NCBI GenBank assembly: GCA_016699045.1 | Contig: CP064957.1 | Location: forward strand, 341,599-405,598 | Source of the DNA: a bacterium | GTDB taxonomy: Bacteria; Babelota; Babeliae; Babelales; RVW-14 | DNA: 64,000 nucleotides | Direction: 5' to 3' | In this document: one piece after another, positions 56,801 through 64,000 of the stretch | Position numbering within the stretch: the first letter of the stretch is position 1 | Layout of the letters: each line of letters begins with the position of its first letter | Program-made: the position numbers and the translations under genes | The notes under the pieces: generated by a model | The model's input: only the letters and a program-made list of their open reading frames with translations | Told to the model about the DNA's origin: nothing | Database searches by the model: none

Positions 56801-58633
56801 CCCAATGATTGCACGCGTGATGGGTTCTGGATCTCCCGGCGCATAAAACGCAATTGTTTCTGCAGGATTTGTACGATATAACCCGTCGCTTTCCGCATCA
56901 ACACGTAACTTATGCGCTTTATTATTCGCAGGAATCCCATCATCACTTACCACCGTCAATGCATCAACCGCGTTACCAGCATTACCACGCGAACGCTTGA
57001 GCACCGCAACTCCACGATTAACGCCATCAATCACGTCAACTTCAGTTGCACCATCGTAAACAAGTTGCGGAACTGGCATAGCAACACTCGTATCGGTAAC
57101 AGTATCAGACGCCCAGTTTTTTAATGAGCCACTTGGTGCCAAAATTATCATCTCAGTCGCTTGGTCTTTAAACGTTACCGGCACAATAGACCCATCAGAA
57201 ACAGCAGCAAAAATTAATGCTTGATCAAAATCTTCGGGCTGCGATGCCGTCATGGAAACAATTTGTTGATTAATTGAAACCCCGGCAGCATCTCTAATAA
57301 AATCTTTATCAGAACCATCTGAAGCACTGTTCGTAATCAAACGAGCGCCATCATCAGTTGGTAATAAATAAACAGAAGCACCCTTTTGATTTTTGGCAAC
57401 TGTCAACGCGTCAAGCCCCGCCATTGGATCAAATAGCGCTGGCCCACCAAGTGGCACCACCACCAATTTTTTTTCACTGCCCGCCAATGCGAGATGAGCC
57501 GTCCCCGTATCTTTTAACGGATCGGCAGAAATATCATAACTAACACCGTTGAAAGTAAAACTTCCTTGTGTTGTTGGCACCATTGGTGTTGTTTGCACAA
57601 TTTTTTGACCCAAAGTTTCTGGCACGGTTGACGTACCCAACGATGCACGCACCAGTGTGTTACTGGCTCCTGTCGAATCATTCATAAAACCGAGAAAAAA
57701 ACGATCCGTCCCGCCAAATGCTGTAGGTCCAATATCAACCGTTGCCGATGCTGGCGTTTCAGTTGACGCTGCACGTGGCGTCGGCCGTGGCGTAAATTTT
57801 TTTGATCCAAAATTTTCATTATCATAAACATGCTTATCTTCAGCAAATTGAGCTACTGGCTTGAAAACTGAACGCGCATCATCGTGAGAAGCACCACCCA
57901 AACTTATCAAAAATTGTTGCAAAAATTCTTGAAGAACTGAACGAATTTCTTCTCGCAACTGATCACGATTTACACTGATCGTTGGTGATAATCTTGGCTG
58001 TGCTACAGCAGCTTGTCCGGATATAAGCGCTGTCGATGCTTGTTCTGAAACCGATTGCTTATTTTTTTGATCAAAAAAATCGTAAAAAACTGTTTCAGGA
58101 ATAGCAACTTGATTATCAACAACAGAAAATTCAAATGATTGATCGCCAATACTTGCTTGCCCACCAACAACATTACCTTCATAATCAAGAGACAGATCAT
58201 CAACGACAATCTCTGGCATCCCTTCTTCATGTTCAAATGTTACCGCGGCTGACGGCACCGTTTTTTTAGTGCGCGGACGGACCGACAATTTTTTTTTAAC
58301 ACCAGAACTAGGCACCGAATCATCTTCAAATTCATCTGCAGATACTACAAATGACGGCAATGGCGATTTATTTTTTGCTCGACCCGAAGGTACTGGCGCG
58401 CCGTTTCCAGAATTTGGCAGCTGTAGCGTCGTTGCTACTGAACCAGGAATTTCTTCCTCAACCTCACCGGCAACTCGTGGCGGCAACGCTAAGCTCCCCA
58501 CCACAACCTGCGGCATTTCCAATTCTTGTACAAATTTTTTAGTATGCGCTTGACCAGCAAAACAGATTACCAACAAAAATGCCCTTGGTAAAAGACTCAG
58601 CAATAGCTTACGATTCTTCATTTTCTTCATCAT
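53840..58633 (-). CDS. giant secreted/surface protein, paralog B
   Basis: Has a signal peptide (..KLLLSLLPRAFLLVICFAGQAHT). A low-complexity N-terminal region is followed by the shared blocks. It ends ...DTASGAVYVPGEFGVRVNE. Its stop codon is 2 nt from the first in-frame ATG (53837) of paralog A's ORF. Confidence 0.7.
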   Translation of the reverse strand: MMKKMKNRKLLLSLLPRAFLLVICFAGQAHTKKFVQELEMPQVVVGSLALPPRVAGEVEEEIPGSVATTLQLPNSGNGAPVPSGRAKNKSPLPSFVVSADEFEDDSVPSSGVKKKLSVRPRTKKTVPSAAVTFEHEEGMPEIVVDDLSLDYEGNVVGGQASIGDQSFEFSVVDNQVAIPETVFYDFFDQKNKQSVSEQASTALISGQAAVAQPRLSPTISVNRDQLREEIRSVLQEFLQQFLISLGGASHDDARSVFKPVAQFAEDKHVYDNENFGSKKFTPRPTPRAASTETPASATVDIGPTAFGGTDRFFLGFMNDSTGASNTLVRASLGTSTVPETLGQKIVQTTPMVPTTQGSFTFNGVSYDISADPLKDTGTAHLALAGSEKKLVVVPLGGPALFDPMAGLDALTVAKNQKGASVYLLPTDDGARLITNSASDGSDKDFIRDAAGVSINQQIVSMTASQPEDFDQALIFAAVSDGSIVPVTFKDQATEMIILAPSGSLKNWASDTVTDTSVAMPVPQLVYDGATEVDVIDGVNRGVAVLKRSRGNAGNAVDALTVVSDDGIPANNKAHKLRVDAESDGLYRTNPAETIAFYAPGDPEPITRAIIGSDVDMVWDEPLQRLFIGLSDVTRGHNVGAVTNKSGGVCSVLVGKVDANQKITLYPVLKNPSSYLFADVRNPDAASFVEKDAGNYNKYILGFYENNTNNNNTTTPVDLFASARAVRTMHTSTGKSYLIVNGGVGSRTNNPRNVNTQIYAMPLVDEGNDAGFVGFFDSNGAASVLDFAPFFEAVRTNIQDAINEVDGLANPLTATAKMAVKDIVNQNPPLTANALASTILEEIYKYSDRRTAALAVEARVKISGTQNPVTVAAAQAFLGSPSGIATAILQNRISEVSVKSDLQKAAKKAVRGMVANNKETGAAAAIQAGAGWALHQVYESTFRDDFLQLVHNMPVSSQVQTIVGADPQLLSFDTTLTITDMQVHGDTIYVSVAGERDAEHVGEAGIFASKALFNEKGAIRAWTPWQRVMGRPEKVYGFDFDDETSNFWFVTEDSSQKINTVRVTEWGKGDNVLHSDTQTMNAPLSSVLDTVFANAGGLFGLFDFSPDTYGFKERNLQAVAPNQSQRYEQFGMMVATGQGRVALIESGIFANNVFAPTGPFISSSTSDVSVRIFSANDADGAGLALGQLGAITCAEIARMPLDDASPNSGRLFVGGEFGVAVFVQGFNGKGWDTRINKGLNKFSSSAASASFPRGKNWRFLRLMKLADDGTTENIFKDVRRIISDQHNFLYILTRDTLYRLDMNQLEKGSGNSIFEQDTATRTQANIKDKYLVEVASVAKSIDGLANIFDPELDEFFDVMVLQRDVQGSSMSPVDLTKNTTTLLLATTKGLYVNDSATLTDDYQKKYPKQADVTNIFWQQKKDLGPTLMFEFYSSSRGNRLVQDVNQPDQSKKVAVFTAEGNLYTFALDQNQEFLARYRFNVSAGDITSIAEPYVDANNTPTDYFFKVGSFDEPISDAEFMGLLDYYARTKHFGGDNFVNAVPVRPASSSFIKNPITHKFEEIDFDLSLSLPLQQARLVQDTASGAVYVPGEFGVRVNE

Positions 58634-58702
58634 TTCTCCAAGCTTTTTATTCAGATTAATGAACCACATTCAACAAGGGATCTCTCTCTTGTGAAGAATC
58701 TT

Positions 58703-59965
58703 CTAAAAGCCCACACCCAGCATAAACCCAAAAGTACTATTGTCGATAATACCCCTACCGCCAAGGCCTGCTTTATAAAACATACCGGCGTACGGCGTTA
58801 CCCACGTGTGATCAAATTCTTTTGAAAAATCGTAGATCCCCTCCAGCATCAAATTATGAATAGTCCAATCACTCAAACTATTGGCGGTATTAATAATATC
58901 GTTAGAAAAAGCGGGGTCTTTAGTAAACAATTTATCATCATCGTGATGAACATATTGCCATGCTAACTTTATCGATAAACCATGCCAGATTCTAAATGCT
59001 TCAGCATATGCTTCAAATGTCCAGGTTGCACCAAAATTTTTAGTTGCATTGCCGCTATTAAGCAATAAAGGTTCTGTTTGCGAGATTGATGTTTTCAAGC
59101 GGCGCTCATGCGTATGATCAAAAAAGTACATAACTTCAGCATACACGCCAGCACGCAAATATTTCGCAAATTCAAAATCAAAGCCAACCGCCAACGGTAA
59201 GCCAACCGGCCCACCATTGCCAAGCGGCATGCTCAACATATTTTTATTATCAACTGACTCGCCAGTTGGAATACTCACACCAAAACGAAGATACGGCGTA
59301 ATAACTTTGAGCTTGCCATACGAAGGCATTATTTTAGTCGACCAATCTAACAACAAAACAATATCGCCAAGTCCAGCCTCATGCCAATTGTGAAGACTCA
59401 GCCCACCCAACTCTTGCGTTTCATTTGCTAAATCACGAATGAACTCTTGAATAAGCAGCTCTGATGCAAAGTCTGATTTTGTTAAATCTTGAAACCTAAA
59501 ATCAGTCACGCGAATATCTTTGATAGGAATATAAAGATTGAACGTAAAATAACCAGGCAACCCGGTAATATCAAATGTATAACCACTCACCAAATTTATA
59601 TTCGTTTGTTTGAGCGTACCAAACATACGAACATTCCCACGCACACCATCATCGGCTCGTGGAAATCCAAAACTATTTAATGCCGCGGTAGCACCAGCTT
59701 GAACATCGCCTTGCGGATTTTCAAGCATGGCAAGAATTGACTGTGTTGGATTGTAAACGCCAATCAATGTTTGACGATAACCTTGAATATCGCTGCTGGT
59801 ATGTTTGGTTGCAAATTCAACACCAAGACTAAAATCAAAACCATTAACATGGGTATGATATGGCTGCCATAACGGATCATGTGCTGACAAAAAATTGGTC
59901 GGCGCAAATGCTTTGGCAGCAGAAAAACTCATAAGAAAAAACGCGACTAGACCGTACTTCTTCAT
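58703..59965 (-). CDS. outer-membrane beta-barrel protein, paralog 1 (porin-like)
   Basis: The signal peptide ends AKAFA. Amphipathic segments alternate. The C-terminus ...FGFMLGVGF ends in Phe. It is paralogous to 60069..61364. Confidence 0.6.
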   Translation of the reverse strand: MKKYGLVAFFLMSFSAAKAFAPTNFLSAHDPLWQPYHTHVNGFDFSLGVEFATKHTSSDIQGYRQTLIGVYNPTQSILAMLENPQGDVQAGATAALNSFGFPRADDGVRGNVRMFGTLKQTNINLVSGYTFDITGLPGYFTFNLYIPIKDIRVTDFRFQDLTKSDFASELLIQEFIRDLANETQELGGLSLHNWHEAGLGDIVLLLDWSTKIMPSYGKLKVITPYLRFGVSIPTGESVDNKNMLSMPLGNGGPVGLPLAVGFDFEFAKYLRAGVYAEVMYFFDHTHERRLKTSISQTEPLLLNSGNATKNFGATWTFEAYAEAFRIWHGLSIKLAWQYVHHDDDKLFTKDPAFSNDIINTANSLSDWTIHNLMLEGIYDFSKEFDHTWVTPYAGMFYKAGLGGRGIIDNSTFGFMLGVGF

Positions 59966-60042
59966 ATACTCCCTTTCAATTCATAAACTTTATGCAAACC
60001 AGTCTAACCCAAAGAATGTGAATAAGTGAAGAAGAAATAAAA

Positions 60043-60063
60043 GAGCCCGGCATATACCGGGCT
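60043..60063 (-). terminator. putative rho-independent terminator after 60069..61364
   Basis: Hairpin gcccgg-catata-ccgggc. On the minus strand it is followed by a T-rich tract (the plus-strand A-rich run at 60034..60042). Confidence 0.5.
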
Positions 60064-60068
60064 TGCAT

Positions 60069-61364
60069 TTAAAATAACAAAGAAAATTGACCGCCAACCG
60101 AGTGATTATCAATAATATTTTTTCCATCAACCGGTAGTTTATAGAAAAAACTCAGTTGAGAATTTACCGCACAATCTTTGCAATCACGGAAAAAATCATA
60201 GTTTGCCATAAAAATAAGATTATGCATCGTCCATTCCTTTAAACTATTTGATGTATTCACGATAGAATAATCAAATACATTATTATGCGGAATCAAACGA
60301 TCGTCATCATGTTTTACAAATTGATACGCACCCTTGACCGACAAACCTTGCCACACTCTCAGTCCTTGCAAAAACAAATGAAACTGCCAGGTAAAGCCAT
60401 ACTCTTTAGTTGCCAACCCTTTATTTAGCAGCAAAAAATCGGTCTGATTTTTATCTGTTTTCATGCGATATTCTTTGTTGGTATCAAACAAAATTAAAAA
60501 ATCGACATCAACACCAACGCGCACGTTGTGCACAAAGCCAAGTTCTAACGCCATACCAAGCGGGATCCCCCACGCACCATCGTTGCCAAGCGGCATACTA
60601 AATGCTTGATCAAGATCACGCTCTCGCGCCGTAGGAAATGTAATGCCCAATTTGGCATACAGCATTACCATTTTTAAATATTCTTTTTCTTGTTTGAAAC
60701 GGTTGCTCCATTCCATAATCAGATCTAAATCGCCAATGCCACTCTTACTCCACGGCGCGATGGTAAGCCCGCCAAACTCTTTAACGTTGGCAATTAAATC
60801 ATCGGTCAAATAGGTCTTGATATTAGCACCCATCGGCGTCAGCACGCCAACTTGTGTTAAATCAGTAACGAGAGGATTTTTTGCCATAATTTCTCGCCAC
60901 ACAATTGGCAAATGCATCGTAAATGCCAAGGTGCCATCTTCTGGTTTCAAGGGCGCTACGTAGCTTGCAAAAAGCACAAAATCAAGGCCACTAAATTTAC
61001 CACGCAATTGTTGGTGCCCTTGATTATCAACATCATCAAAAGTATCGTACAAACCTTTAAGCGGCGCACCCATAGCAAGTCCAACTGGTAAGGTTGGGTT
61101 TCTCGTCATGCTAATTGCCGACTCAGTATCATTGTGCAAAGCTAAAACATTGCGACGATGATCATCATAATTCAAACCAGTACAACGAGCACCATATTCA
61201 AGGTTTGAAACACCGCAACTAAATGTTCTATTTTTTATGTACGGCAAACGCAAGGCATAATCGTACGGCCGAAAAAAATTTACCGGCACAAAAGCTTGAG
61301 CTTGCTGCATACTTAACAACGCGAACACCAGGCCCAGAACATACATTCTTCTTTTCATATGCAA
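60069..61364 (-). CDS. outer-membrane beta-barrel protein, paralog 2 (porin-like)
   Basis: The signal peptide ends QQAQA. Blocks shared with paralog 1 include MPLGN.G, (Y/H)DDD(K/R)L and SL..WT.HNL. The C-terminus is ...GGQFSLLF. Confidence 0.6.
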   Translation of the reverse strand: MHMKRRMYVLGLVFALLSMQQAQAFVPVNFFRPYDYALRLPYIKNRTFSCGVSNLEYGARCTGLNYDDHRRNVLALHNDTESAISMTRNPTLPVGLAMGAPLKGLYDTFDDVDNQGHQQLRGKFSGLDFVLFASYVAPLKPEDGTLAFTMHLPIVWREIMAKNPLVTDLTQVGVLTPMGANIKTYLTDDLIANVKEFGGLTIAPWSKSGIGDLDLIMEWSNRFKQEKEYLKMVMLYAKLGITFPTARERDLDQAFSMPLGNDGAWGIPLGMALELGFVHNVRVGVDVDFLILFDTNKEYRMKTDKNQTDFLLLNKGLATKEYGFTWQFHLFLQGLRVWQGLSVKGAYQFVKHDDDRLIPHNNVFDYSIVNTSNSLKEWTMHNLIFMANYDFFRDCKDCAVNSQLSFFYKLPVDGKNIIDNHSVGGQFSLLF

Positions 61365-61387
61365 TAATCCTCTTTTTTGATTTTCAA

Positions 61388-64000
61388 TTATTCGTTAACA
61401 AATATGCCAAAATCACCTGGTAGCACAAAACAGCCCGATGCGGTATCACGTACCGGCCAACCAATGTGCGTATTCGTACTTGAATCAATCGGCAATAAAC
61501 TGGTCAACGACGCACTCGCTTGATCGCGCGTACCAAAACGTATCAGATCTTTTTGATTAACATCGCGCTGTTGCTGATTAAAGAAAAAGGCACCATCGGT
61601 AAAAAAGCTTTCTCTAAACGCGTGTAAATTAATAACACTTTCATTGAGCAATGTCATGCTGGCACCATTCACGCTAAACAATTGTAAAATACCACTATCA
61701 TCATCGCGATCAACTGACAAAACATACAAATTGCCTTGCGATGAAGGAACACCTTCGGTTTCTGAGAGATAGATCAGCTTGATCGGCAAGCCTTGAACTT
61801 GCGAAATTTGCGTAAAATTAACACCGTCTGTTGTCGTAAAAAGTCCCTGCGTTGTTGCAATGATGCGCAATGCAGGCGTTACCACTAAATCAACGCCATA
61901 CGGCAAATCAGTAACAACAGTCCCACCGGCAAGATCGAAATCCAACTTGTAGTAATAAGCATCGCGCGTCAGAACATCAATAAAACCATCGCCAGCACTC
62001 GCAATCGCCACAACATTTTGGAAATTTCCAAGTTCTTCAAATGCAAACCCGTTACCAGGAAAGCCCATTGGATCAAATTCCTTAAAGCTACCATTGTTAT
62101 TAAACCCATCCCCACTACCATTTTGTAATCGAGCAATACCGTTGTAACCACCAACGTACACATATCCCGAATAATTATTATCTACAACTCGACTTAATTC
62201 AGCCGTAACAATCGGCGCAATTGCTTGCAATGCTGGGTCATTAAAACTAAAAACATTCGTCCCAAGCATAAATTCTGTCGTTGGAATAATAGTAAAGACA
62301 TCGTTTGTACCAGCTTGAATAAGCGCAACCTTGTCAGCACCAACAGCAACAAGCATTGAAAACGCTCCGGTAATTTGATTAAAACCTGGCGTAGATTGAG
62401 CAAAATTAAAAATTTGATATACGCCATCGGTACAAATGCTATTAACAACATCAGTCAACTGACGACTCATACCATCAGTAACGCTTGAACTGGCACCCCA
62501 CACCGTACCTTTGATCGTTGTTGCTGGATTCATATAATCACCATCAGCACTCGTCAAATATTGAAAATTCCCGTTAGCACTGTTGATATCAAAACCGAAA
62601 GCACCAATATACATTACGCCAATTTGTGTACTTGCAACTCGTTGCCACCTTGTCCAACGCCTTATATTGCCATTATCATCGAATAGTGCCGTGCTTTTGA
62701 AAATACCATAAATACTCGCTATAAAAACACTATCTCCAACTATTTGCATATCATTCACGGGGCCAGAATAGATACTATTTCCAACCACGAGCGGCACGGT
62801 ATTAAGAGCTAAATCTTCAACCATGGAGGTCATGGGATCAATACCCGCAACGGTATAATCATCGGCGCCATTAACACGCGCTAGTTGCCCTGCATTAGCA
62901 TCCCCAACTGGCAAAACCGGTAAGGATACAACATTATCAGCAACCAAACTTGCATCCAGAGAAAAACCGCCATTCACTATGATATAATCTTTGCCGGTAC
63001 TGGTATGCATGGTGCGCACCAATCGAGCACTTACAACATACGCATCGGTATCTGCTGCCGGCGCATAAAAACCAATCTGATAATTAAACGAACCAAGACT
63101 TGCAAACATGCCAGCTTGCGGATTTGGTACAATCGGTCTTAAGAAAAAATTATTATTCTCATCAAAACCGCCCACCAAAATGCTCATGATGCCGCCATCT
63201 TTGGCATTATCATCACGCGTCACATTATCTACCGCAACGTACAAGCGTTGCAATTTTTCGTCCCAATGAAGATCGTACGCCGTAGGATTTGATAATAATG
63301 CTTTTGTAATTGGATCACTTGTCCCATTAGCGTAAAACGCTAGACCATTCACGGCATTAACGCCATTGATATCAACAAGGTCACTTGCCGCATCTGTCAC
63401 AATTGGCTGCGCTTGCACGGCGCCCGCAACTTGTGGCGCAATTTGTGTCAATGAACTATTTAAAAGAGCAACACCAGGATCTGAACCAACAGACAATGTC
63501 GAATTTGGTGCGACAACAGAAAAAAAAGAACGGCCTGAAAGATTCTGTACATCAGTTCCTTCAACCGCTAACGGCGTTGCATCAATGTCTTGTTGATTGG
63601 TATCTTTCAACGTTACAGAGTTAACCATGCGCAATCCATCACGAACGCTGGTCATGAGATGCACATTTAATTCGGCATCATTAACCACCGCCAACAGCTG
63701 ATTATTTGACGGCCCCACCAACTTCATGTGCGCAATGATTTTATTTTTGAGCGGGCTGTCTACCGTTGCACCACTTGCATCGTAGACAAGACCGGCCAGC
63801 GGCGTTATTGAAATTGAAGAAACCCCATTACTGTCTTTTACGACGCTGGTTCGAATAACAGCACTATCAGCTTTGTTGGCAACGCTGGCGCCCAAATAAA
63901 AATTACCAAAACCATCGCCCGCCGTTTGGCCAAATGCGATAGGCATGCTCATATTATCTTCTTGTATGCCAGACACCGCACGGGCTGAGTCATCAGAAAA
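61388..64000 (-). CDS. giant surface protein, paralog C (5' end beyond the window)
   Basis: The frame stays open to position 64000. The shared blocks are present (HWDEKLQRLYV, VRTMHTSTGKDYIIVNGG, IFKSTALFDDNGNIRRWTRWQRV). It ends ...DTASGCFVLPGDFGIFVNE. Confidence 0.7.
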   Translation of the reverse strand, partial: FSDDSARAVSGIQEDNMSMPIAFGQTAGDGFGNFYLGASVANKADSAVIRTSVVKDSNGVSSISITPLAGLVYDASGATVDSPLKNKIIAHMKLVGPSNNQLLAVVNDAELNVHLMTSVRDGLRMVNSVTLKDTNQQDIDATPLAVEGTDVQNLSGRSFFSVVAPNSTLSVGSDPGVALLNSSLTQIAPQVAGAVQAQPIVTDAASDLVDINGVNAVNGLAFYANGTSDPITKALLSNPTAYDLHWDEKLQRLYVAVDNVTRDDNAKDGGIMSILVGGFDENNNFFLRPIVPNPQAGMFASLGSFNYQIGFYAPAADTDAYVVSARLVRTMHTSTGKDYIIVNGGFSLDASLVADNVVSLPVLPVGDANAGQLARVNGADDYTVAGIDPMTSMVEDLALNTVPLVVGNSIYSGPVNDMQIVGDSVFIASIYGIFKSTALFDDNGNIRRWTRWQRVASTQIGVMYIGAFGFDINSANGNFQYLTSADGDYMNPATTIKGTVWGASSSVTDGMSRQLTDVVNSICTDGVYQIFNFAQSTPGFNQITGAFSMLVAVGADKVALIQAGTNDVFTIIPTTEFMLGTNVFSFNDPALQAIAPIVTAELSRVVDNNYSGYVYVGGYNGIARLQNGSGDGFNNNGSFKEFDPMGFPGNGFAFEELGNFQNVVAIASAGDGFIDVLTRDAYYYKLDFDLAGGTVVTDLPYGVDLVVTPALRIIATTQGLFTTTDGVNFTQISQVQGLPIKLIYLSETEGVPSSQGNLYVLSVDRDDDSGILQLFSVNGASMTLLNESVINLHAFRESFFTDGAFFFNQQQRDVNQKDLIRFGTRDQASASLTSLLPIDSSTNTHIGWPVRDTASGCFVLPGDFGIFVNE

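Noticed and set aside
1-64000. An alternative genetic code was considered as an explanation for the several interrupted genes.
   Set aside because: All the interruptions are frame changes: the homologous sequence continues in another frame. None is an in-frame stop codon inside conserved sequence. TGA, TAA and TAG all terminate well-supported genes.

Overview
AT-rich bacterial window, densely coding. It mixes housekeeping genes (rplU 3' end, glyQS, alaS, cdd, pepA, PBP1A, an FKBP isomerase and three ABC systems) with many eukaryote-like or host-interaction-type proteins: a cPLA2-type phospholipase, ankyrin repeats, LRRs, fasciclin, J-domains, a WD40-like protein, cysteine dioxygenase and a GAD/CSAD-like decarboxylase. 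This suggests a host-associated or intracellular bacterium such as an amoeba symbiont, but lineage cannot be assigned from sequence alone. Two blocks look undescribed. (1) At 13.2-24.9 kb, five paralogous ~410-450 aa proteins carry signal peptides and ATP-grasp / tubulin-tyrosine-ligase-like motifs in an order that suggests circular permutation. (2) At 50.4-64.0 kb, a same-strand array holds three giant paralogous proteins sharing a near-invariant C-terminal ...ASG..(Y/V)(V/L)PG(D/E)(W/F)G(V/I)(R/F)VNE tail, plus two paralogous beta-barrel outer-membrane proteins. Other notable points: a CDO + PLP-decarboxylase pair (possible hypotaurine route); normally cytosolic enzymes with signal peptides; near-identical 5' cassettes (SD + signal peptide) on unrelated genes; a Tyr-codon-rich leader ORF with terminator/antiterminator upstream of a COG2984-type ABC importer; an internally deleted IS5-family relic; and several frameshifted genes (three at homopolymers, one in essential alaS). 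No tRNA, rRNA or CRISPR array was found. All functional calls rest on motif recognition by eye; no searches were run.
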